A DNA stretch of 64,000 bases, from contig CM059433.1 of assembly GCA_030390025.1 (NCBI GenBank), positions 45,136,001-45,200,000 on the forward strand, written 5' to 3'. A program made the position numbers and the translations under genes. Of this stretch, positions 49,752-62,747 are shown piece after piece (within the stretch, counting starts at the first letter, position 1; the number at the start of each line of letters is the position of its first letter). Source of the stretch: Squalus acanthias (taxonomy: Eukaryota). A model generated the notes under the pieces. The model had not been told where the DNA came from. It worked only from the letters and a program-made list of their open reading frames with translations, and made no database searches.

Positions 49752-50509
49752 CCTCAGCAATGCACCCAAGTGTGAGAACATGAAGGAGGTTAGGTTAAAA
49801 TTCCACCATCCAGTTAAAGGGACAAATCACTTCTGCAAAATGCAGATGGCTTCAAATGCACCTTCTCCAAAAGGAACCCAGAAAACTGCTTTCCCTCTGG
49901 AGTTTGCAAGCCCGATGAAGCAATTTGGAGCGGGTTAGGTGGCAAGATACTATTCACAACACATCACGAATGCTCTCTTCCCCAGCTTCTCGGTCATTGA
50001 AATTACAGCACAGGAGGCACCTATTCATCCCACGTTAGCTCTTCAAATGGAGTCGCTTGCTCTCATCTCACTTCCCCGCCCTCCATATCCTTTTGTATTC
50101 TTCCCTTTTCAAACTACTCATCCGATTCACTTTTAAATGATGTCTCTGCCTCCACCTTTGTGGTGAAGCATTCCACATTCTAAACCCTCTGGGCGAAATT
50201 TCTTCCAACTATCCCTTTCATTCTTCTTGTGATAATCCTCAGCCTACGCCCCATCATGGGATCAATGGGTGAGGGAGGGCGGGGAAGGGATATTAAAATA
50301 GCAGGTTAGAGGATTTCGCTCCACTCAACTCCATGTGTTCCCTCACTTTGATAAAGGAATGATGACACCTGCAGGGGAATCTGTAGTAGTGCAGATCAAT
50401 TTAAAAGAATGGCAGCTTTGACGGTTTGTTTATAAACGGAGCGTGCTAGCGTCATTGGAGGGTCAGCAAGCACCTCAGTTGTAATACATCTATCATATCT
50501 GCTCCACCA

Positions 50510-51127
50510 CCAAGAGCGCATACTTCCACCTCTAACATCACCCGTCTCCGCCCCGCCTCAGCTCATCGGCTGCTCAAACCCTCATCCATGCCTTTGTTAC
50601 CTGTAGACAACGCACTCCTGACCGGCCTCGCATCTTCCACCTTCCATAAACTTAAGCTCATGAAAAACTCCACTGCCCCCCTCTCAATTCGCACCAAATC
50701 CCATTCTCCCATCACCCCTGTACTCGCTGACCTACATTGGCTCCAGGTCCAGCAATGCCTTGAATTTAAAATTCTCATCCTTGTGTTCAAATCGCTCCAG
50801 GCCTCACCCCCTCCCTATCTCTAACCTCCTCTAGCCCTACAGCCCACCGAGATCTCCACTCTCCAATTCTGGCCTCTTGCGCACCCCCAATTTCCAAGGC
50901 CCGACCATTGGCGGCTATGCCTTCAGCTGCCTAGGCCCTAAGCTCTGGAATTCCCTCCCTAAACCTCTCAACCACTCTCCTCCTTTAAGACGCTTCTTAA
51001 AACCAACCTCCACTTGTTCTAATATCTCTTTATGGCTCAGTGTCAAATTTTGTTTGATGACGCTCCTGTGAAGCGCCTTGGGACATTTTACTACATTGAA
51101 GGTGCTATATAAATACAAGATGTTGTT
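50510..51127 (+). mobile_element. L2 LINE 3' fragment
   Basis: HSPITPVLADLHWLQVQQCLEFKILILVFKSL motif and L2 tail. Confidence 0.85.
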
Positions 51128-51129
51128 AG

Positions 51130-53310
51130 AGTCAGAGAGTTATACAGCAGAGAGGCCCTTCAGCCCATCGTGTCCACGCCGGCCATCAAGCCCTGTCTAT
51201 TCTAATCCCATTTTCCAGCACTTGGTCCGTAGCCTTGTATGCTCATCTAAATGTTTCTTGAATGTTGAGGGTTCCTGCCTCTACCACCCTTTCAGGTAGT
51301 GAGTTCCAGATTCCAACCACCCTCTAGGTGAAAAAGCTTTTCCTCAAATCCCCTCTAAACCTCTGGCCCCTTACCTTGAAACTATGCCCCCTGGTTATTG
51401 ACCCCTCTACGAAGGGGAAAAGTTCCTTTCTATCTACCCTATCTATGCCCCTCATAATTTTGTACCTCAATCAGGTCCCCCCTCAGCCTTCTCTGCTCTA
51501 AGGAAAACAACCCCAGCCTGTCCAGTTTCTCTTCATAGCTGAAGCGCTCCAGCCCAGGTAACATCCTGGTGAATCTCTTCTGCACCCTCTCCAATGCAAT
51601 CACATCCTTCCTATAGTGTGGCGACCAGAACTGCACACAGTATTCCAGCTGTGGCCTAACTAGCGTTTTGTACAGCTCCATCATAACCTCCCTGCTCTTA
51701 TATTCTGCCTCGGCTAATGAAGGCAAGTATCCCATATGCCTTTTTAACCACCTTATCTACCTGTCCTGCTGCCTTCAGGGATCTATGTACATGCACACCA
51801 AGGTCCCTCTGATCCTCTGTCCTTCCTAGGATCCTACCATTCATTGTGTATTCCCTTGCCTTGTTTGTCCCCCCAAAATGCATCACCTCACACTTTTCAG
51901 GGTTAAATTCCATTTGCCACTGTTCTGCCCATCTAACCATCCCGTCTATATCGTCCTGTAGCCTGAGGCTTCCCTCCTCACTATTTACCACTCCACCAAT
52001 TTTCGTGTCATCTGCAAACTTACTGATCATACCTCCTACATTCATATCTAAATCATTAATGTACACTACAAACAGCAAAGAACCCAGCACCGATCCCTGC
52101 GGTACACCACTGGACACAGGCTTCCAGTCACAAAAACAACCTTCGACCATCACCCTCTGCCTCCTGCCACTAAGCCAATTTTGGATCCAATGTGCCAAAT
52201 TGCCCTGGATCCCATGGGCTCTTACCTTCTTGACCAGTCTCCCATGCAGGACTTTGTCAAAAGCCTTACTGAAGTCCATGTAGACTACATCAACTGCACT
52301 ACCCTCATCCACACACCTAGTCACCCCCTCAAAAAATTCAATCAAATTGGTCAGACATGATCTCCCTCTGACAAAGCTATGCTGACTATCCCTGATTAAT
52401 CCCTGCCTCTCCAAGTGGAGACTAATTCTGTCACTCAGAAATTTTTCCAATAACTTCCCTACCACTGATGTCAGGCTCACTGGCCTGTAATTCCCTGATT
52501 TATCCCTACTACCCTTCTTGAACAATGGTAATACGTTAGCTGTTCTCCAATCCTCTGGCACTTCCCCTGTGGCCAGAGAGGTTCTGAAAATTTGTGGCAG
52601 AGCCCCTGCAATCTCCTCCCTTGCCTCACAGCAGCCTGGGATACATCCCATCAGGGCCGGGGGATTTATCCACTTTTAAGCCTGCTAAAACCGCTAGTAC
52701 CTCCTCCCCCTCAATACTAATTTGTTCAAGTATATCACAATCCCCCTGCCTGATTTCTATGCCTACGTCACCCTTCTCCATAATGAACACAGATGCAAAA
52801 TATTCATCTAAAACCTCATGCACATCTTCTGGCTCTACACACAGATTGCCACTTTGGTCCCTAATGGGCCCTACTCTTTCCCTGGTTATCCTCTTGCCCT
52901 TAATATACTTATAAAACACCTTGGGATTTTCCTTTATTTTGCCCGCCAGTCTTTAAGTACCCCCCTGCACTTTCTATTCTCCTCTCGGGCTTCCACTGTT
53001 TAGTCCTTTGTATCTGCCAAAAGCCTCCCTTTTTTCCCCCCCTAATCCATTCTTGTATATCCCTTGACATCCAGGGTTCCCTAGGCTTGTTGGTCCCACC
53101 CTTGACCTTTACGGGAACATGTTGGCATTGTACACTATTTCCTTTCTGAAAGACTCCCATTGCTCTGATGTGGATTTTCCAACAAGTAGCTGATCCCAGT
53201 CCATTTTGGCCAGATCCTGCCTTATATTAAAATCGGCCTTCCCCCAATTTAGAACCTTTATTTCCAGTCCATCTTTGTCCTTTTCCATGACTACCTTAAA
53301 TCTCACCGAA
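51130..53310 (-). mobile_element. CR1 LINE fragment (RT)
   Basis: 317-aa ORF 51698-52651 with [21 protein letters not shown]. Confidence 0.94.
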
Positions 53311-53474
53311 TGTTGTTGTTCAATCCAACTGTTTATCAAGAGTGCAATGCTACTTGCATCACCAACCTACCTAGTGTCGACGTCCTCACGACCCTGTAGA
53401 AGTCCTCGTCAGACCTCTTCAGCTCCGCAAAAAATATCACGAACCTCACAACTTTCAGACGTCGAATTAAAACT

Positions 53475-56400
53475 TTTATTTATCAATATATTAGACATGA
53501 AAAACAAACGGATCAAAATAAATCGCTCATGCACGTGGATACAAAAAATAAAAATAGTGCCAAAAATACAATATTTACTAATTGGGACACTTTACCTTTC
53601 CCTATACCAGTTTCAGCTGTACCAGGGCACTGGAACGACAACACTGCTAAAATAAAACAAACAGAATCGCTGCCTACTCCTGAACGTCATGCTCATATTT
53701 AAACTTTCTACTCACGTCAAGTTGAATGCAATGATGTACAAATCTGTTAAAAGGTTGTCAAAAAGTTATCAAAGTTAGAAAGAGTCCACACACGTGTCAG
53801 TTAATTGCTTTGTGCTAGTTAACGATCAGGTTGACAAGAATTTCGGCAGTGTAGGTTCGCTGTATGCTAGTTTACTGCTAGAAAGTTTGAAATGGAAGAG
53901 AGTTACAGTTTCAAAGCACAGATTAAACTGAATAGTGAAGGTACAGGGGTATTTACCTTCAGGCTGTTTAATATTTCAATGCTCTCTGAATTCTAGGACA
54001 CTTTTATTCCAGCTCTGCGTCTGCAGTCACTGCCTTTCGCCACGGGTCCTGCATTTGGACAGTCTGCAGCACAAGAGCTTCCAATGGTTACAAAAAAAAA
54101 AGCCCCTCCGATATTGTTTGGTGTGGAATGTCTCAGGAAAAGGAGCAACCGTGCACCATATAACTAAGGTACAAGTGGGTAGCTGCACCAGCTCAGCGAG
54201 CTGCATGGTTGAAGAAAACTTGACAACACAGCCGTTTTGTGAGGTAGAGTTGGTACAAAGGTCGCTTACAAACCTGTAAACCTACTCCAGGAAAATCCCT
54301 GCACCTTCTCGTTCAGTTCACACTTAATCCTGATCAGGACCACGCACTTCCCCACCCCACCCCCCACCCACATGCAAATGAAAAGCTTTTGGAATGAACT
54401 TTCTTCCACTTGGAAACACTGGTATTGCAAGATTTGGGTAAAAGGTGGCTCTGGCTCCCAATAATGCTATAATAGAGCAACACCAAGGATGTTCTCAAAA
54501 ATGCATTTGCTAACCTGTTCCCATTCTTTTAACAGAGTGACTGCTGCCAACGACTGGAAGCTGCACAGAAGTCTGTGGTGGTTTAAAAATCACAGTAGCG
54601 CATAAATCTGTGGAGCTCTGGGTTGGTTTAATAATAATGTATAATAATATGGCGGGTTGGTTTAAGTATTAATGTATAATAATTTCGTGGGAGGGTGGGT
54701 TGTGGAGATTTATTTGTTTGGAGCACAAGCTCCGTGTGAAGGGAAAGGAGAAGAAAATTAATAAAAATGGACGTTGAGTTTTGCTGGGGCAGATTTTCTT
54801 TTCCTGACACGGCTCTAGTCGGCACTATTGATCTCTTTTCCCCACCCCTCCCTTCTCTCTGGAAGAGTTTTCTTTGCGATGGCGACAATATTTTCTTTTC
54901 AGTTAGCGAATAACCGAAGAGAGACAAACTGTGCATGCACAACTACTTCATTTCGTTGGCAGCGGTCACGTCCTTCCTTTAAATGGTCCAAATCCAGGTA
55001 ACTAAACCGCTGGGATCAGCGAACAGCTGTATCCGTTTGTACATTTTAGGCTCTAGTGTAATGCCTTTCTCGAAGAAAGACTTGTATTTATAATGTGCCT
55101 TTCACAACCTCAGGACTTCCCAAAGCACTTTAGTCAATTAAGTGCTTTCTGAAGTGTAGGCACTGTTTTAATGTAGGAAATGATTTTTGTATTGTTAACA
55201 AAGTGTGACGGCTGGAGCATGACATCCTATTTTGATATTACTGGTGAACCTCCTGTGATGCTGCTCACGGTTAAGACAGAGCATGTGAGCTGTTGCAAGG
55301 TCAGGGACATTGTACTACATGTAGCTACGTGATCGTCAAGGCTAAACAAGAGAGTTGCTCGCAAGTAAATACTGGCTTCGTACGGGGGTCAAGAAAGGCT
55401 GTTGCTGTTAAAAAAACACACTGGGTGATTTCATGCAGAGGTTGATTAAGGGACACAGACAGACAGAAACACAGACAGTCTGGCTCTGGTATTTTATATC
55501 CCTGGAGTGTTCTTTTTTATACACTTTTTTCCTGAGGTGTGACAGAAAGTTGAGTGTGACATGGAAGTGTGACAGGCAGGAAATACACACCAGATGCACT
55601 TCTTAAAAAATGACTAGCAAATCTTCTGTGGAATTGCTCACAGCGATTCAGATGGAGGAGAGAATTATACTAAGTATGATGTTTATATTACAGATAGATG
55701 TTTTGAAGGGCTGAGTCTTTGCCTCAATATTGCAACATCTCTGTTAGGAGCAGTTAACCCACCCCACCCCCAGTACAATATTTTCAAAGGGTTCAGTTAT
55801 ATGAAGGAGATTTATTCAGAAGCCTAACTGAAGTATCAGTTTTGATCATGCTGAATTTTGTAACAAGAGGCTGTATGTTATATAATGGTGGGGAAGCCAT
55901 GCACTGAACTGGAAGTTCGAATGCAATCATAGTTCACTATTCCTCCAACACGTGTATGCTTTTGTACCAAGTCTACCCAACAAACGCTGCACTGAAATAG
56001 CGAAAGACTGAAGCGAAATTATTTACTGGTGGACTGGTTAGGAAATCAAGAGACCAGCTACTTGATTAGGGGAGAAACACTTTCGGAAGCTGGCAAGCAC
56101 TGCAAATGGTCTTCTTTCAAAGAATCCATTTCCATAAGTGCGCAACCAGCAACTTATTTGGCACTGCTGAACAGATTGAATAATCAGTTATGAATGGATA
56201 ATGCTGGTGGGCCTTTTAGAGCCTATTAGTTGTCATGGGGAGCAAAGGGACCAAACACAATAGGACAAGCAAATGTACTGCAAACTTAAGGCACGAATCT
56301 TCCTACAGTTGTGCTTCTACTGTGTATACGCTGAACAGGAACTGATTTGTTTACACCAGAAACAAAATATACAAATCATGACCTATTTTACCATTGCTAG

Positions 56401-56699
56401 ACCCTAAACTCAACCTTCACTGACTGCCAGCTACGTGGTCCCGGATCCAGAGGCACAAAGATTCCTGAAACTCGATTTAAAGGATACAGCACATCACCGA
56501 AAGGATTCCGTTTTGTAAACTATTCCGGTCAGTTTTAGCGCTCCCGATTCCACGTTAGAACCTGTGATGAAACAACTTTGGATGCCCTACTGAAGTCCAG
56601 AGAAGGTGCGTGTCAGTCGGTGCTGGCAACCGATGTCGCGCTCTCTGATCAAGGTGAGTCCCTTACAGCAGTGATCAGAGCCCGTGCTGGTTTGACACC
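53475..56699 (-). other. probable long 3' UTR of the spastin-like gene
   Basis: About 3.2 kb almost free of repeats (one SINE scrap near 55080) in a repeat-dense region; AATAAA on - at 54003-54008 and 53475-53480. Confidence 0.45.
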
Positions 56700-56828
56700 T
56701 CACGAATTAATGGCAGTGTCTCCATATTCCTCGTTCCAGCGCTTGTACCCGGCGAGAGTCTGAGGGCCCACACTGCGCTTGATCTTCCTCCGCGAATCTT
56801 CAAAGTCGGTCAGTCGGATCTTTCTCAC
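56700..56828 (-). CDS. SPAST: spastin-like terminal coding exon
   Basis: gtccag acceptor; VRKIRLTDFEDSRRKIKRSVGPQTLAGYKRWNEEYGDTAINS*, the C-terminal (Vps4_C-type) helix of spastin; phases chain correctly across all six exons. Confidence 0.92.
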   Translation of the reverse strand: MRKIRLTDFEDSRRKIKRSVGPQTLAGYKRWNEEYGDTAINS

Positions 56829-57037
56829 CTGGACAGGCAGGATAATACAAGGTACAAAGTCATGTCCGGTTAAGTGTATGCCCACACTCCTTAATCAATC
56901 ACCACTCCCTACAAATAAAAATCACTGTCTTTGAAATGCAGCTACAATGAAGCAGTCTGTGGTGTATAAACAGAGTGGGTTAACACTAGCAATTCTACAC
57001 ATGGGTGTGTGTGAAATATAGAAGCAGTGAACCTTAC

Positions 57038-57078
57038 CTCACTAGCAGCCATATTCCTCACTTCTTCTGGCTTGAGCT
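57038..57078 (-). CDS. SPAST: spastin-like penultimate exon
   Basis: cttcag/gtaagg; 41 nt; ELKPEEVRNMAASE. Confidence 0.92.
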
Positions 57079-57214
57079 CTGAAGGAAAAAGAAAACATGT
57101 CATTCCTGACAACTCAAAACTTCAAACCAGAACAGCTGAAACACTCCAGAAAACAACAAACATGCACACCTCAGCATTTTCTGGGACCAGTAAAAGTGAC
57201 TATGAAGCTGTCAG

Positions 57215-57452
57215 ATCATCATAAAAACCTTACTGGTTGCGTAATGTCCCATAGGGACGGAAACCTGCCCTTCTGACCCAGTCTGGCCTATATGTGCCAA
57301 CATGGTTGACTCTCTAACTGCTCTCTGAAGTGGTGTAGCAAGCCCCTCAGTTGTATCAAATCACGATCACCACCTTCTCAAGGCAACTAAGGATGAGCAA
57401 TAAATGCCGCTTTTGCCAGTGACGCCCATATTCAGAGAATGAATTTTTTTTT
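57215..57452 (+). mobile_element. tRNA-SINE 3' part (family of 5590)
   Basis: caccaccttctcaaggcaa...ccagtgacgcccat tail. Confidence 0.7.
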
Positions 57453-57779
57453 AACGTGAATATTGACTCCACTGTCAGCCAATGAGTTAAAAATGAGTTG
57501 AAGGCGGGGCAGGACTTGGATCTCTGAAGTCATAGCAGAAACTACAGCAGAATCACCAGAGTACAGCAGAATCTCCAGAGTACAGCAGGATTATTTCTCC
57601 AGCAAAATGCAGTGAATGGGGGATAGTTACATAATACAAATTATGTGCGTAAAATCAATCCCAGTCACTTATAGCAGCTTCTTCAATCTCTCTTCAGTTT
57701 CGAAACCCATTTAATACACCTTCGGCTGTCGAAATGGATAGAATAAAGGGCCAGTTAAAAGGTTGCAGACAGTGGACCA

Positions 57780-58355
57780 ATCCCACCAAGCTGAAGTATC
57801 GTGGACAATTCTGGGCACCACACTTGAAGAAAGTCGAGGTCTTTGAAGGGGTGCAGAGGAGCTTTACTAGAATGGTACCAGGGAACCGGGACTTCAGTTA
57901 GGTGGAGAGACTGGAGAAGCTAGGGTTGTTCTCCTTACAGCAGAGAAGGTTAAGGGCAGATTTAATAGAAGTATTCAAAATCATGAAGTGTTTTGACAAG
58001 AGTAAATAAAGGAGAAACTGTTTCCAGTGGCAGGAAGGTCAGTAACCAGAGGACACAGATTTAAAGTAATTGGCAAAAAAACCAGGGGGTGGGGGGGAGG
58101 GAGAGAAGAGAGAAAGATGGAGATTTTTTTTTTTTAAATAAATGCAGCAGGTGGTTACAATCTGGAATGCATTACCTAAAAAGGGTGGTGGAAGCAGATT
58201 CAATAATATCTTTCCAAAGGGAACTGGATAAAGGGGAAACATTTGCAGGGCTATGGGGAAGGTGCAGGGGGACTAATTGACTAGCTCTACCAAAGAGCAG
58301 GCACAGGCACGATGAGCCAAATGGCCTCCTTCTGTGCTGCATCATTCTAGGATTT
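57780..58355 (+). mobile_element. CR1 3' fragment ending next to a spastin splice donor
   Basis: TRGHRFKVIGKK motif and CR1 tail. Confidence 0.75.
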
Positions 58356-58370
58356 TATCACACCATCTAC

Positions 58371-58441
58371 CTCGAATTGGACCCAGCGCTGCATCCTTCG
58401 CCAGTGCAGTCAGGTCACTCCCCGAATATCCTTCTGTTTGT
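58371..58441 (-). CDS. SPAST: spastin-like exon (3rd from last)
   Basis: ttacag/gtagat; 71 nt; [24 protein letters not shown]. Confidence 0.94.
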
Positions 58442-59000
58442 CTGTAAGGAGGAGCGAGAAGATAGAAAACATCTCAAGTCTCAGTTAAAAAAAATCACAT
58501 GCGCACACACATTAAAAGATGGAGCACCTGTCTGGAGTATTCAGGGTCTTTTGTATTAAACAGCGACCAGTAAAGCTGCTCCTGAATAAGGATTTTCATG
58601 AGGCCTTTAAAGGAAATGGTACAGTACTGTGTTCCAGCACAAACTACCAGAGGTTAAGCTAACCCAACACTATAAAACTATCTGCCTCAATAACATTTCA
58701 CCCTCAACAAGTTGCATTTTTATATAGAAGCACCCCAAGGCACTATACTCAAGGAATGGAACGGCAAGCAAGGGAGTGTTTAGGAGAGGGGAATCGATAG
58801 TTTGGGCAAAAGAGATGTGTTGAGAAGGTTGTTAAAGGAGAAAGAGAGGGGGAATTCGAGAGAAAGGCTTAGGTAGCTGGAAGCTCAGGGAATGCACAGG
58901 CAAGAGCCAGCGGACCAAAGGGTGCAGGAGGGGAGGTTGAGTAAGTTTTTGCAGCAAGATTAACATTCACACTGTTATAATGTGATGAGTGGGAAACATT

Positions 59001-59326
59001 NNNNNNNNNNNNNNNNNNNNNNNNNNNNNNNNNNNNNNNNNNNNNNNNNNNNNNNNNNNNNNNNNNNNNNNNNNNNNNNNNNNNNNNNNNNNNNNNNNNN
59101 NNNNNNNNNNNNNNNNNNNNNNNNNNNNNNNNNNNNNNNNNNNNNNNNNNNNNNNNNNNNNNNNNNNNNNNNNNNNNNNNNNNNNNNNNNNNNNNNNNNN
59201 NNNNNNNNNNNNNNNNNNNNNNNNNNNNNNNNNNNNNNNNNNNNNNNNNNNNNNNNNNNNNNNNNNNNNNNNNNNNNNNNNNNNNNNNNNNNNNNNNNNN
59301 NNNNNNNNNNNNNNNNNNNNNNNNNN
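59001..59326. other. assembly gap (326 N) within a spastin intron
   Basis: Run of N; the exon chain is complete on both sides. Confidence 0.99.
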
Positions 59327-59639
59327 GGGAGGGAGACCAACTGCTACTTCATGGTCTGCAGCTCTTTCCAGAGACAGGAGTAAGTGGGTCAACGTTGGAA
59401 AACATCAGTGGAGGAGTTGCCCACCAGGTGGTTTCCCCAGAACCTTAAACCACGTTAGCTACATTTACATTCTTTATACCTCATCAGGACTCGTCTAACT
59501 CGCTGATCACTTGAGCACCCTTGTCATTGGTTCAGACATTGAAGTTCTCAATGTTCAACCACCTCGTAATGTGCACATGCCATGCATTACCACACACATC
59601 ACCTCTGTTCCAGAAAGCAGTCAGGGATTCTATACACTT

Positions 59640-60375
59640 GATAGGAGACCTTATTGACCCATGGGGAATCCTGCTAACAGTGCCTCATTAAGGTGGTTCT
59701 TCCAGTTGTCTCAGCAAGCTTTGGAGCAGTGCTGTCCAAGCGTTACAGATTGCACATCCACTAATGAGGCAACAGTGCTAAACACAGCATTTTCCAGACA
59801 CACAAAATTCAACCTGCACAAAGCAATAATACAAATGGGGACTGAACAGTCTGGTCTTTGAGGGCCAGGGCTCGGGGGTGAGGGGCACGTGGCCCCAGCC
59901 TGGATATCCTTGAAAGAAAGGTGTAGACAAGGTTTTACCCATGAGGAATGCATGGGATAGGTTCTGGCTATGAATATGATTGCAGAATATCGCAAGATTC
60001 AAGGGCACACTGCTTCCATCAATTTCAACCTAGTGCCTCTTGCAACCTTTTGAAGAAACTGAAAGCTATGGGCCAAATCTTAGATGGAAGTGCACTCCAT
60101 CTCCAAGGTCTGTTCTAGGGTGTATGAGAGATTCATTCAACCCCCTCTCTCTCAAAAGGGTATGGCAAGGTTGTCCACTGTTACCTGTCCTATTTGATGT
60201 CTTTATCAATGACTATAAAGGATGTCATCAGAGTGAGTGTTGGCATTTCTGAAAATACCACAGCCCTCCTTTTTGCGGGCTGCCTCATCTATTGCATTCT
60301 ACTCACCATTTTGAGCAATGGGCTAACAGGTGGGATAAGATGGTGGGTGCCCTTAAGTGCGATATGATGGCCTTC
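59640..60375 (+). mobile_element. highly degraded non-CR1 LINE reverse transcriptase remnant
   Basis: Colinear motifs GDLIDP, QGFTHEEC, LLKKLKAMG, QGCPLLPVLFDVFIND, ALLFA, QWANRW..KC. Confidence 0.6.
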
Positions 60376-60949
60376 CATTGCTCAATAGAGGACCGCAAAG
60401 GTATTGAGTGGAAGATTGGAACAGGAATAGGCCATGCAGTTCCTCGAGCCTGTTTCACCATTCAATTAGATCATGGCTCCATTCAGTTCCTCAAACTTGT
60501 TCCATCATTCAATTAGATCATGGCTGATCTGTATCTTAACCCCATCTACCTGATACAAGGGGCATCTGTCTCCTTTGTTGGTTGACATTGGTACCTGGGA
60601 GGCCTTAAATTGTCAGGCAAGCCCCAATAGAGGTTAAGCCTGTGACATACAAGACATGCCCTAACAGTTCTCCTTCATGGCTCAGAACTCCTGGGCGTGC
60701 AATGGAAGGGCTTTCTCTGACCGTCAGATTGAGGAACAAGCTGTGGGGCATTTTGGAGACGTGACTGCAGGGAGGGAGAACTCTGGCCTACACCGACTCA
60801 TCACAGTGTCCCAGAGGAGGATTCAGCCTCACTATGAGCACAGCTCTGCAAAAAGCCAACACAAGGGCCTGGATTAAGCAGTTGGTGAGTAAGCCTGGTA
60901 CATGACATTGGACCTGGATGTCTAGAACATTAAAGTGCCAGATGAGTTA

Positions 60950-61710
60950 GTCAATTTTCCAAAGCTCTCTAGATTCAGGAATTGTCTCTTTGGATTGGAA
61001 ACTTGCAAATGTCACTCCATTATACAAGGGAGGAGGGAGAAACCAGGAAACTACAGGCCCGTCAGTTTGACATCAATTGTGGGGAAGTTACTGGAATCCA
61101 TCAGTGACAGAGTAACCGAGCACCTGGACAAGTATCAGCTGATCAGAGTCAGCAATGATTTATGTTTCACTAATCTAGTTATATTTTTTGAGGCGGTCAC
61201 GAACATGGTGGATAAGGGCATTTGATAAGATTCTGCACAAGAGATTAGCAGCAAAAATGAGATCGCACACAATTGGAGGTAACCTTGTGACATGGTTCGC
61301 TAATTAGTTGGGAGGTAGGAGACGAGAGAGTAGGGATAACAGGATCGTTCGCTGATATTGACAAATGGCATTCCTCCGGGATCTGTTCTGGGGCCTCAAC
61401 TTTTCACCATGTTCGTTCATGACTTGGATGAAGGAAGAGAGTTGTATATCTAAGTTTGTGGATGACACTATATTGGCCATGGAAGGGATACAGTGCAGAT
61501 TCACCAGAATTATACCAATACTTAAAAGAATTAAATTATGACAAAAGGTTACACGTGGCTTGCACTGACTCAAGTTTAGATGGGTCATCTAACAGAGATC
61601 AAAGGGATTCGATAGGGTAGATACAGAGAACCTATTTCCTCTAGTGGAGGAATTTTAGAACAAGGGAGCACAAACTTAAAATTAAAGCCATGTAGGAGTG
61701 AAATCAGGAT
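60950..61710 (+). mobile_element. old CR1 fragment with internal deletions
   Basis: [19 protein letters not shown] motif. Confidence 0.8.
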
Positions 61711-61849
61711 AGCTTGATTTTGAGACTTGATTTCTACAGCTCTCAAGGCTGCCCAAAAAAAAAGTAATCCATGACAGAATAAAAATGCCCCCAAAAAATG
61801 GATCAGAACTACCCACCTCAATAGTTCAAAAGGTTGGTAAAAGACTTAC

Positions 61850-61929
61850 TTGGCTAGATGATCAAGGTCCTTTCGGCTCAGTGGATTCCTGTGTTTGGCC
61901 AAAAGATTTGTAAACAGCAACAATCGTGT
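61850..61929 (-). CDS. SPAST: spastin-like exon (4th from last)
   Basis: ccacag/gtaagt; 80 nt; TRLLLFTNLLAKHRNPLSRKDLDHLA-K. Confidence 0.9.
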
Positions 61930-62212
61930 CTGTGGAGGAGAGTGACAGGAGAGAGAAAGAAAGTTACTCCAAAAATTTCTTCAGAAACTTCATACAGCAC
62001 ACGAGATACCACTGCCATGCCCCTTCAGGTAGGGCATTAAGTAGCTGTGGAATTTATATAAAGAACTATGGCTGCCAGGGAGAGATGACTAAAAAAAAAG
62101 TATTTCTATATACAGTTTATTGCTTTTCCTACAGTCAAGAACAACCAGTTTATGTACTTTTACTCCTTCCCAATGTTCCAGGGCTAGCACAACATGCTCT
62201 TCCCACTTCCTG

Positions 62213-62632
62213 CACAGGCCGCCCATCGCCGCCCCCCCGAGGGGCACAGGCCGCCCATCCCGAGGGGCACAGGCCGCCCATCGCCACCGGCCGCCCATCG
62301 CCGCCCCCCCCCGAGGGGCACAGGCCGCCCATCGCCGCCCCCCCGAGGGGCACAGGCCGCCCATCGCCGCCCCCCGAGGGGCACAGGCCGCCCATCACCG
62401 CCGGCCGCCCATCGCCGCCCCCCCGAGGGGCACAGGCCGCCCATCGCCGCCCCACCCCCCCCCCCCCCGAGGGGCACAGGCCGCCCATCGCCGCCCCCCC
62501 GAGGGGCACAGGCCGCCCATCGCCGCCCCCCCGAGGGGCACAGGCCGCCCATCGCCGCCCCCCCGAGGGGCACAGGCCGCCCATCGCCGCCCCCCCGAGG
62601 GACACAGGCCGCCCATCGCCGCCCCCCGAGGG
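62213..62632. repeat. GC-rich ~32-bp minisatellite, ~13 copies, in a spastin intron
   Basis: Unit CCGAGGGGCACAGGCCGCCCATCGCCGCCCCC with a variable C-run. Confidence 0.95.
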
Positions 62633-62704
62633 ATTAACAATCGTGTACTCTGACAAATACATCATTTAAAACAAGGCTGAAAGTTTTCCATGTAGTTCAC
62701 ATAC

Positions 62705-62747
62705 TTGTTCATTTGGTAGTGAGACGAATACCCTCTTTGTAAAACGC
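62705..62747 (-). CDS. SPAST: spastin-like exon (5th from last)
   Basis: cttcag/gtatgt; 43 nt; RFTKRVFVSLPNEQ. Confidence 0.92.

Noticed and set aside
58967-59498. ORFs across the second gap
   Set aside because: Made of X residues from Ns.
60677-60877. Possible Harbinger Myb/SANT fragment (RAFSDRQIE)
   Set aside because: Only a few residues resemble the motif; too weak to call without a search.
61926-62669. Overlapping 130-250-aa ORFs on both strands
   Set aside because: Translations of the GC-rich minisatellite inside a spastin intron.
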